IMG/VR virus record: IMGVR_UViG_3300009180_000046
Coordinates: 1-60,918 of that record
Source: a virus
Lineage: Duplodnaviria > Caudoviricetes
Reading direction: 5' to 3' (one strand)
Length of the DNA: 60,918 bases
How positions within the stretch are numbered: position 1 is the first letter of the stretch; each line of letters starts with the position of its first letter. Below are positions 1-6,486 of the stretch, piece after piece. Below the pieces are notes generated by a model. It did no database searches. It was given only the letters and a program-made list of their open reading frames with translations, and was not told the origin of the DNA. A program made the position numbers and the translations under genes.

Positions 1-281
1 CCAAGCAATAAATAATTATACAAATCTGCAAATCTTGATGACAAAGGTTCTGCTTGTTTTAGATCAGGATTCTTAATGTGTGCCTGAATAGAGCTCAATT
101 GCTTGTCAAAAAAGATTGACCAGACTTGTAATGGGGTGACACCTGCACGCTTTGCGGACTCCTTAAAATTGTTGAGGACATCTGCACTTTCTAGTGTGTA
201 CTCAGGTTGCTTTGCCTTTCTAATAGACATCGCATGATTTAAAAGAGTATCGTACTCTTCATTGAATTGTTCTTGTGTCAT
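1..281 (-). CDS. Nucleotide-modification-associated (Nmad1/DUF1599-like) alpha-helical protein, 3' end cut by window edge
   Basis: Manual translation from ATG at 281: MTQEQFNEEYDTLLNHAMSIRKAKQPEYTLESADVLNNFKESAKRAGVTPLQVWSIFFDKQ...RFADLYNYLLLG; K..EY....D.L.NF and D..NY pattern. Confidence 0.5.
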   Translation of the reverse strand, partial: MTQEQFNEEYDTLLNHAMSIRKAKQPEYTLESADVLNNFKESAKRAGVTPLQVWSIFFDKQLSSIQAHIKNPDLKQAEPLSSRFADLYNYLLL

Positions 282-283
282 GA

Positions 284-469
284 TTAAAATGTTATACCTA
301 ATATTTTTGTGCTACCTACTTTTATTGTTCCATTTTGCAATAGTCTTACTACCTCTAAAACCTTGTCCATTTCATCATTAGTAAGCATTGCTTGATGATA
401 ATCGCCATCTATTGTTTTTATTATTACGACCCCAGTTTCTAAAACCGCTTCATCTTTTTTTAGTTCCAT
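284..469 (-). CDS. hypothetical protein
   Basis: 61-aa ORF, tightly packed in the minus-strand early run. Confidence 0.65.
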   Translation of the reverse strand: MELKKDEAVLETGVVIIKTIDGDYHQAMLTNDEMDKVLEVVRLLQNGTIKVGSTKILGITF

Positions 470-475
470 TTTATT

Positions 476-607
476 TTAGTTTAAAAAGTCTTCACCCTTG
501 TAGTCAGGATGATTTTTGTTCATGTCATCTATGCCGTTTACCCACAGGTAAATAATTGGTGCAAGCACTAAAGCATGAATGATAAATAAAGCAATGTATG
601 TTATCAT
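476..607 (-). CDS. small single-TM membrane protein (43 aa)
   Basis: Manual translation MITYIALFIIHALVLAPIIYLWVNGIDDMNKNHPDYKGEDFLN; start overlaps upstream stop (ATGA). Confidence 0.7.
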   Translation of the reverse strand: MITYIALFIIHALVLAPIIYLWVNGIDDMNKNHPDYKGEDFLN

Positions 608-891
608 AGTGCGTAATCTACTGGTGCGTAAAATTTTTGTTGAATCCAACCTGACGCAATCTTGCGTCGTTTCTTGTGGTCTACGTATTTGTAAAAGCTA
701 AAATGCCCTTGCGTATGTCGGTGCAGTAGCACCTTCTTATCACAATCATCACATGTAGTGTACATGGTAGTCTTGTTGCCTGAGCGTTCAAAGACCTTAC
801 GCAAAACATTTACATCATGCGTGTGCCCACACCATGGGCATAGGGTGTTTGACTCCTCAAATCCCTTTCTTGATCTAAGCATATTTTTCAT
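604..891 (-). CDS. zinc-ribbon protein
   Basis: CPWC...CDDC motif pair. Confidence 0.65.
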   Translation of the reverse strand: MKNMLRSRKGFEESNTLCPWCGHTHDVNVLRKVFERSGNKTTMYTTCDDCDKKVLLHRHTQGHFSFYKYVDHKKRRKIASGWIQQKFYAPVDYAL

Positions 892-1136
892 TTATCTTCA
901 TGATTAAATCTATCTGACCTAGCCTCATGGTCTTGGTGTGGACTACCTAGTGCATACACCTCTATGCGTAATTTGTCTAGGTCATCAGTCGAAAGTTTAT
1001 TACTCAACCTATCCTCAATTAGTTCGTAAACTATTAGCCCAGCCATATCCTTTGCTGAGTCAAAATTAGGTACTACTTGATAGCATCTGCGTACCAAATC
1101 TTTTGCCTTATCATAAGGGCTTATTTTATTTTCCAT
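888..1136 (-). CDS. hypothetical protein, distant paralog of 8046-8258 and 59310-59540
   Basis: SPYDKAKDLV...SAKDMAGLIVYELIE resembles P.DKA.EL...AKQCALIAADEII. Confidence 0.65.
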   Translation of the reverse strand: MENKISPYDKAKDLVRRCYQVVPNFDSAKDMAGLIVYELIEDRLSNKLSTDDLDKLRIEVYALGSPHQDHEARSDRFNHEDK

Positions 1137-1270
1137 TAGTTATATTTGATTAAAAGGTAAATACTAATTACAGCACTAAGCGTGCCTGCTATGCCTACAA
1201 TAACACCGACAATAAATTGTCTAAAGGCGATCTCTGAGACCTCTTTGCAATTAAATTTCTCATTCTCCAT
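1136..1270 (-). CDS. small single-TM membrane protein (44 aa)
   Basis: Manual translation MENEKFNCKEVSEIAFRQFIVGVIVGIAGTLSAVISIYLLIKYN; stop overlaps next start. Confidence 0.6.
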   Translation of the reverse strand: MENEKFNCKEVSEIAFRQFIVGVIVGIAGTLSAVISIYLLIKYN

Positions 1271-1616
1271 CTAATTCCATTTGTTTAATGGCCCTCTCTT
1301 CTTGTCTTTGTTCAACAAGCGATAGCCCAGTGACTAAATTCTTTTTGCCTTTACTAATTAATTCCTGTTCAAACTCCTTCATCTTTTTAATTCCATAGAT
1401 CACCGTGGCATGCTCAACTGGGTATCCGTACCTCTCACAATATCTTTGTGTCTCAGAAATTTTAAAGCCGGCCTCATTCAGTAGAAAATAAAAATGTTGT
1501 CTGGCCCTAACCACAGAATGAATTCTGGTATTAAGAAAAATATCTTTCTTCTTAATTCTGTGACGATAGCACACCTTGCGTGCTATTACGTCCATTGCAT
1601 CTACGTCTGTTATCAT
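1260..1616 (-). CDS. DnaA C-terminal-domain-like HTH DNA-binding protein
   Basis: TRIHSVVRARQ...EHATVIYGIKK resembles DnaA domain IV (R.R..V.ARQ...DHTTVLH); probable start ATG 1616. Confidence 0.65.
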   Translation of the reverse strand: MITDVDAMDVIARKVCYRHRIKKKDIFLNTRIHSVVRARQHFYFLLNEAGFKISETQRYCERYGYPVEHATVIYGIKKMKEFEQELISKGKKNLVTGLSLVEQRQEERAIKQMELDGE

Positions 1617-1705
1617 GATAGAATTGTAATTAAAAAAACTACTAAGCAAACTAAAACTGATCCTAAAATTGACAGCACAATAGTGCCTTTTGTCTTGTAT
1701 GTCAT
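1613..1705 (-). CDS. 30-aa hydrophobic peptide
   Basis: MTYKTKGTIVLSILGSVLVCLVVFLITILS; ATGA-coupled at both ends. Confidence 0.55.
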   Translation of the reverse strand: MTYKTKGTIVLSILGSVLVCLVVFLITILS

Positions 1706-1803
1706 ACGTGTAAAATAAAATGTGAGTAAATAATTAAACCAATTGCCCAGGTTAACCACAAGGTTATGGAACTATAAATGATTATTTTTTCTTTCTTGTT
1801 CAT
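1702..1803 (-). CDS. 33-aa hydrophobic peptide
   Basis: MNKKEKIIIYSSITLWLTWAIGLIIYSHFILHV; ATGA-coupled to next gene. Confidence 0.55.
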   Translation of the reverse strand: MNKKEKIIIYSSITLWLTWAIGLIIYSHFILHV

Positions 1804-1984
1804 TGTTTCTATTTTTTAAATCATCTACATAAACACCCATAGATAACACAACTACACCGGCAGCAAAAAATAAAAATGTAGCAGTCAAGTATATTAAACA
1901 ACCTGAAATAAATGCAGTGGCAAAAAGCCCGTAGGAAATTTTAAATAGTGAATTCATAGTTTTAAAATAATAAGTCATAATCAA
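1772..1984 (-). CDS. small 2-TM membrane protein
   Basis: Hydrophobic ISYGLFATAFISGCLIYLTATFLFFAAGVVVLSMGV. Confidence 0.55.
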   Translation of the reverse strand: MIMTYYFKTMNSLFKISYGLFATAFISGCLIYLTATFLFFAAGVVVLSMGVYVDDLKNRNNEQERKNNHL

Positions 1985-2300
1985 TTAAGTTAATTGGAAT
2001 TGAAGGACGCACTTGATGAACCCACCATTCGGATCCGTCGTATTCACCACGATCGGACCAGGTGCCATCTTTGTACCATATAAAACCATATAATAATTGC
2101 CCCCCGTATCCAGAATCGTACGTAAAATTTAGTTCATGTAAAAAATTTTCGTACTCCTGATCTGAATAACCGGCCCTTAATTGAATTATCTTTTGTGTTT
2201 CATCTTCATCAAGGTTTGACCAATCGTCGCCATATTGTACATCCACGCAAAGTATTTCTTTGCCTTGTATCTCTTTTAAAAATTCATCTTTTGCATTCAT
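1962..2300 (-). CDS. conserved phage hypothetical protein
   Basis: Aromatic/Gly motif YDSGYGGQLLYGFIWYKDGTWSDRGEYDGSEWW. Confidence 0.75.
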   Translation of the reverse strand: MNAKDEFLKEIQGKEILCVDVQYGDDWSNLDEDETQKIIQLRAGYSDQEYENFLHELNFTYDSGYGGQLLYGFIWYKDGTWSDRGEYDGSEWWVHQVRPSIPINLIDYDLLF

Positions 2301-2581
2301 AGTTCTGTGTATTGATATATTATTTCATTAAAATCATTTAGTAATTGGCTTGATATATTTTCGTAGCTTGTCCATAGCCATTGAGGCCCGTCGAAGCATT
2401 GAAGTATATACTTTTTTGTTATAGGATCTTTGGTGAAGTGAAACTGTACCATTCTCCCGTTCGCTGTTGGTAGGTAAAATCTCCCACCCTTGAGTCCTGA
2501 TCTGATCAGCTCTCTGAATTGCTCTGTTCTTTCGTTCATTGTCCATGTAAGTTTGAAATGTTGCGTTGTTATACTGCTCAA
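2297..2581 (-). CDS. hypothetical protein (start uncertain; overlaps alternative ORF 2334-2657)
   Basis: Stop overlaps start of the 1962-2300 gene (ATGA). Confidence 0.5.
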   Translation of the reverse strand: MSSITTQHFKLTWTMNERTEQFRELIRSGLKGGRFYLPTANGRMVQFHFTKDPITKKYILQCFDGPQWLWTSYENISSQLLNDFNEIIYQYTEL

Positions 2582-2646
2582 TAAATTGATTTGTTCTATC
2601 GTCGTAATCGCAGGTACTCCCTATCTTAGTGTACTGAGTCCATTCG

Positions 2647-2799
2647 TTAAAATCCATGTTTTAATTGGTTTATGTGCCGGCCTATAGATATAATTCTTAG
2701 GGCCTTAATTAAATCTATTTCGTAATAATCCGCAAAGGCTTCAGCACTCAAAAAATTATTTAACCAGTGCAAATACATTTCTTCTATCTTATTTTTCAT
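2647..2799 (-). CDS. hypothetical protein (50 aa)
   Basis: Manual translation MKNKIEEMYLHWFNNFLSAEAFADYYEIDLIKALRIISIGRHINQLKHGF fills the gap. Confidence 0.65.
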   Translation of the reverse strand: MKNKIEEMYLHWLNNFLSAEAFADYYEIDLIKALRIISIGRHINQLKHGF

Positions 2800-2800
2800 T

Positions 2801-3010
2801 TTAAATTGCGTTTAAATGTTCTCTAACTTTTACCACACTCACGCCTACAGACGTGATATAATCTTCAAGCTCGTCATCCAGCGACGTATAGTAATTTTCC
2901 TCTACCAGGTCCCTGGTAACCTTATCTACCAGTTGCGTTTTAATTACGCCACCGATCGACGTAGTAAGGTATAGCGTGTATCCCTTTGTTTTAAATGATT
3001 TGCGTCCCAT
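2801..3010 (-). CDS. hypothetical protein
   Basis: 69-aa ORF in contiguous early run. Confidence 0.6.
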   Translation of the reverse strand: MGRKSFKTKGYTLYLTTSIGGVIKTQLVDKVTRDLVEENYYTSLDDELEDYITSVGVSVVKVREHLNAI

Positions 3011-3257
3011 GATATTTATTTAAAAATTGTTCTACGTTTAATTCTGAAACTATAGGCCGGTCTGTATTGGCGTAGCTGTACTCGTTTATGCCGCCGCCCA
3101 GGTCAGTTACTTCCAGGTTGTATACCTCGCTAAATGATCCGTCTAATTTAACCACGTGAGTATATAAACTCACATTTTTTTTGGTCCATTGCCTGTAAAC
3201 CAGGCCGTCGTAATATGGCCCTACTATTTGATCGCGATCTAAAATTTTATTTTGCAT
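2991..3257 (-). CDS. hypothetical protein
   Basis: 88-aa ORF with A-rich leader. Confidence 0.6.
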   Translation of the reverse strand: MQNKILDRDQIVGPYYDGLVYRQWTKKNVSLYTHVVKLDGSFSEVYNLEVTDLGGGINEYSYANTDRPIVSELNVEQFLNKYHGTQII

Positions 3258-3276
3258 GATTATTTTATTTAAATTA

Positions 3277-3660
3277 TTATCCGTATACTACTTCACCCAT
3301 TACAGCCAGTTGGAACCATACGTCTGAATCGTCCGCGTCATAATTTTCTGACAAAATATTGCCCAGTGTTTCTGGGTAATCTTTCGACATAATGCTAAAA
3401 GCATTTGTAATACTTTCATAAGTCAATTTTCCCAAAAGTTCTGGATCCTCTTCGTCTTCACTCTCAACATCAAATACTTCCAGGGCAAAATTTTTGTCCG
3501 CCAAAATCGACCTTGTTATGTTATCCACTAACGGATCACCTTTTATAAAATGCTTCCTGTCCATAGGTCCAACCATGTACCAGTAATTCGATCCGCCCTC
3601 CATTGCTGTACAAATTTGATCGTTAATAATTGAGTCTTTAATTTTGAATAAAAATTCCAT
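3277..3660 (-). CDS. conserved acidic phage early protein
   Basis: AMEGGSNYW...DADDSDVWFQLAVMGEVVYG motif. Confidence 0.75.
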   Translation of the reverse strand: MEFLFKIKDSIINDQICTAMEGGSNYWYMVGPMDRKHFIKGDPLVDNITRSILADKNFALEVFDVESEDEEDPELLGKLTYESITNAFSIMSKDYPETLGNILSENYDADDSDVWFQLAVMGEVVYG

Positions 3661-3662
3661 GA

Positions 3663-3881
3663 TTATATATTGTTTAAGATGAATGTTTCTATTTGACGGG
3701 CTCTAATATCCATTAGCCTAGTCGCTAAAAAATTATTTAAATATTCCTTTTCCGCGTTTACGTATCTAGGATTTCCCATAAAAAAATTTATTTCCTCGGT
3801 TCCCGTAGTTATATTAACTTTTTTGTTTTGGCTAATCAATACCTTGTATTTCATATTGCCCAGGTTAAATGTTTTTTGCAT
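3663..3881 (-). CDS. hypothetical protein
   Basis: 72-aa ORF abutting neighbours. Confidence 0.55.
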   Translation of the reverse strand: MQKTFNLGNMKYKVLISQNKKVNITTGTEEINFFMGNPRYVNAEKEYLNNFLATRLMDIRARQIETFILNNI

Positions 3882-3882
3882 G

Positions 3883-4104
3883 TTATAATTTTATTAAAGT
3901 TTTATTTAAATGATCCTTTGAAAATATTTTTGAATAGTCCAAAACGTCCCTAGTTATTTCCCAAAATCTGTACGTTTGCCCCTGGATCTTGCGCTCTAAT
4001 TGGATCGAATGCTCATTCATTTTTACTATTACATTCCATTCATACCGGCCCGTCCTGGTCCTTAAATATCCTACCTTGCTTCCAATTGTTAAATACCCTC
4101 TCAT
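3883..4104 (-). CDS. hypothetical protein (SH3-like beta pattern)
   Basis: 73-aa ORF, LTIGSKVGY... start. Confidence 0.55.
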   Translation of the reverse strand: MRGYLTIGSKVGYLRTRTGRYEWNVIVKMNEHSIQLERKIQGQTYRFWEITRDVLDYSKIFSKDHLNKTLIKL

Positions 4105-4106
4105 GA

Positions 4107-4298
4107 TTATTTTATTTTAACTATTTTAAATTCCGTTTCTGTATTGTCTTTTATTATCTGGTCGATCTTACCTAGGTTTTCGCCTGGTATCATGGTAGCA
4201 TAAATTAAATTTTCTACTTGAGATCCTTTAGATAGGTCCAGGGCTTTAAATTTATTTTGGCCCTCAAATTTTGCGTATAATCTGTAATATGTTTGCAT
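4107..4298 (-). CDS. hypothetical protein
   Basis: 63-aa ORF with A-rich leader. Confidence 0.6.
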   Translation of the reverse strand: MQTYYRLYAKFEGQNKFKALDLSKGSQVENLIYATMIPGENLGKIDQIIKDNTETEFKIVKIK

Positions 4299-4314
4299 TT
4301 TATTTTTTGTTTAT

Positions 4315-4338
4315 GGTCCAGGGTTTGACACCTGGACC
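4315..4338. other. intergenic perfect 8-bp hairpin (processing or termination signal)
   Basis: GGTCCAGG-gtttgaca-CCTGGACC. Confidence 0.55.
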
Positions 4339-4348
4339 TGGTGAAATT

Positions 4349-5071
4349 TTATTTTACTACGAAGCCGCTGGTATCAAACCGGGCCTTTCCTTTGGCCTTT
4401 AGTCCTATTATTACGCCGGTATTAGTTAGCATTAGATCGTCGGCCTGGTCGCCGTCAATTACCGGCGTGCCTAGGTATTGCGCCGGCATTGGTTTTTTAT
4501 GATCGAATACTACAGAAACATTATAGCCTAATTTCAGGGCCTCTATGCATTCGGCTTCATTAGTTTCTGATCTAGAAAAAGTAAGCGTATAACGGCCGGC
4601 ACCGGCGTATTTTTTGGCCTTGTTTAGGCTTTTAGTATAATCGTAATATTCCAGGTTTGGGAATTGCTCTATAATATCTACGCCGGTCCTGTTTTTTAGG
4701 ATCGCTATAAAATCCAGGTCGCTGGTTCCGTTTAATCTAATAGCTACCTTTTTACCTAGTTTAACGGCGCGTTTATTTATGTTCGTTAATTCCCGGACCA
4801 GTTGCGCGCTGAAATTGTCCTTATCATATAGATAAAAATTTGTTTTGTTGATCCGGGCCGCCTGGACGTTTGAAAAAATACCCATTCCGGCAGTATCCAG
4901 GCACACAAAAACACAGCCAGGTGAAGCGTCCGGGCAAATATTTATTTTGCGATCGTTTTTAGTAAACGGGGATAAATAAAGAATATTTGTTTCCAGGAAA
5001 TTTTTAGCTGTTTTGGCGTTTGTGTCTCCTTTAGATAATAATTTAGCTACTTTTTTAAATTGCGTTTCCAT
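4349..5071 (-). CDS. Gp88-family (radical-SAM-like Fe-S) phage protein
   Basis: ICPDASPGCVFVCL Cys cluster; IRLNGTSD, YYDYTK, LTFSRSE, IDGD..D, GLKAKG motifs. Confidence 0.75.
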   Translation of the reverse strand: METQFKKVAKLLSKGDTNAKTAKNFLETNILYLSPFTKNDRKINICPDASPGCVFVCLDTAGMGIFSNVQAARINKTNFYLYDKDNFSAQLVRELTNINKRAVKLGKKVAIRLNGTSDLDFIAILKNRTGVDIIEQFPNLEYYDYTKSLNKAKKYAGAGRYTLTFSRSETNEAECIEALKLGYNVSVVFDHKKPMPAQYLGTPVIDGDQADDLMLTNTGVIIGLKAKGKARFDTSGFVVK

Positions 5072-5098
5072 GTTTTTGTTTTTTTTAAGGTGATTAAT

Positions 5099-5386
5099 TT
5101 ACCAGGTAAGTTTTTCTATTTCGTATCCCATGTATTTGGCGATCGCTGTTAACTGCAATATTTGACTATTGCATATTTTTTGGCTGGTGCAGTAAGATTC
5201 GCCTAAAAAATATTTTAGCTCTCCAGATTGACGGCCTAAACATTCATATTTTGAATGATAATAGGCCAGGGAATTTTTTAGCTCTCTTAAATTTTCGCTC
5301 TCTTTTACAGCGCGGTGATTTAAGATGCTAAAGCCTTGTAATGCTTTTAATTCATTGAATAATTGCGTTTTTGTCTTGTTCTTCAT
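5099..5386 (-). CDS. hypothetical protein, first substantial early gene
   Basis: 95-aa ORF downstream of the early promoter candidate. Confidence 0.6.
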   Translation of the reverse strand: MKNKTKTQLFNELKALQGFSILNHRAVKESENLRELKNSLAYYHSKYECLGRQSGELKYFLGESYCTSQKICNSQILQLTAIAKYMGYEIEKLTW

Positions 5387-5442
5387 TAGTCTAGTATTTT
5401 AGTAGATTATTGCGTTTTTGTGGCTGTTTTTGTTCCACATTT

Positions 5443-5473
5443 CAAAGTAACAAAAAATAAATTTAATATACAA
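5443..5473 (-). promoter_or_regulatory. candidate early promoter (Bacteroidota sigma-A type)
   Basis: Minus strand TTG-N20-TTACTTTG, near consensus TTTG-N19-21-TAnnTTTG. Confidence 0.45.
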
Positions 5474-5782
5474 TACAAATAGTAAAAAACTTTTTAATCT
5501 TTTTTACGATATATTTTAAATATAGGCTATTTGATCGAATAGGGCTATTAACAGGCAAAAATATTTTGGCGGCTGTTTCCAGGTAGCTAAAAATAAATAC
5601 AGGGATTTAATTTTTGTTCCTGGTTCAGGTAGTGGTAAGGCGTCCGGCCTGGTTCCCTGGTTCCCTGGTTACATTCGATCGCCAGGCAATCGCGGGCCGG
5701 CTGGTCCGGCGTCCTGTTTACCTGGTAGCACCTGGAACCAAATAGACTAATCACCTGGAGAGATCCGGACGAGCAATCGGGT

Positions 5783-5805
5783 AGCACAGCATAGCACAGC
5801 ACAGC
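5783..5805. repeat. short tandem repeat (AGCAY)n at the strand switch
   Basis: agcac agcat agcac agcac agc. Confidence 0.6.
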
Positions 5806-5942
5806 TAGGGAAAAGCTAAAAATTCCAAAGCAAAAGTCTCAAACTCGACCCCCCACTACCAAAATGATCGCGTTTCCCCCGACGGGCCCGCAGTTTAAAA
5901 TGTGGTTGGTACCCCAAACCCATATTTATCTAATAAAATTTT

Positions 5943-5950
5943 TAACTTTG
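5943..5950 (+). promoter_or_regulatory. Bacteroidota -7 promoter element
   Basis: TAACTTTG 24 nt before ATG 5975. Confidence 0.6.
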
Positions 5951-5974
5951 CGTAAACATAACCCCACAACACAA

Positions 5975-6115
5975 ATGGCAAAAATGATGAAAGAGTATGG
6001 TGGCAAGGAGAAGTACGCTTCGAAGGCTGCTATGATGAAGCACGAGAAAAAGGAAGGCAAGAAGGTAGAGAAGATGGAAAAGAAAAATGTCTTTCCAAAG
6101 ATGAAAAAGAAGTAA
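5975..6115 (+). CDS. small Lys/Met-rich basic protein (46 aa)
   Basis: MAKMMKEYGGKEKYASKAAMMKHEKKEGKKVEKMEK...; own promoter and terminator. Confidence 0.7.
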   Translation: MAKMMKEYGGKEKYASKAAMMKHEKKEGKKVEKMEKKNVFPKMKKK

Positions 6116-6127
6116 TATTTTTCTTGA

Positions 6128-6160
6128 AAGCCCAGGTTCAAAAGACTTGGGTCTTTTTTT
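6128..6160 (+). terminator. intrinsic terminator
   Basis: cccagg...cttggg stem followed by T7. Confidence 0.65.
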
Positions 6161-6232
6161 GCCCAATTTTATCGTTGTACTTTTTCAAGATGAATTGTAC
6201 TATTTGTAAAGTTGTACACAAATGATGTTGAG

Positions 6233-6417
6233 TTGTGTACAAAATATTTTAAAGTTTACATTTATAACTTATTGATATATAACTAGTTATAGTTTATATT
6301 ATTCTTTTATGTACAAAATGAACAAAATATATAAGGAAAATAGAAAAATTTTTTTTTCTTAAAAAATAAAAAATATTATTTACGCAATGGGGGGTAAAGT
6401 TCTACATTTGTACACAA
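6233..6417. repeat. origin-like element, copy 1 (diverged direct repeat of 58811-58994)
   Basis: ttgtgtacaaaat.ttttaaagtttacatttataactta...catttgtacacaa aligns end-to-end with 58811-58994. Confidence 0.85.
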
Positions 6418-6436
6418 ATATATTTGTGGCATCATA

Positions 6437-6468
6437 TTTGTTTGGTGTTACTATTGTATATAAATTTG
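6437..6468 (+). promoter_or_regulatory. groEL promoter (-33 TTTG / -7 TAAATTTG)
   Basis: TTTG-N20-TAAATTTG, 18 nt before ATG. Confidence 0.65.
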
Positions 6469-6486
6469 TAACAAATAAAATCTAAC

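Noticed and set aside
5587-5802. 71-aa minus-strand ORF in the CCWGG-rich region
   Set aside because: Upstream of the early promoter candidate, atypical composition; probably open because local GC is high.
6263-6291. dif/XerCD site or prophage att site
   Set aside because: Length is similar but the arms do not match the dif consensus I know; no integrase, repressor or host flanks in the window.
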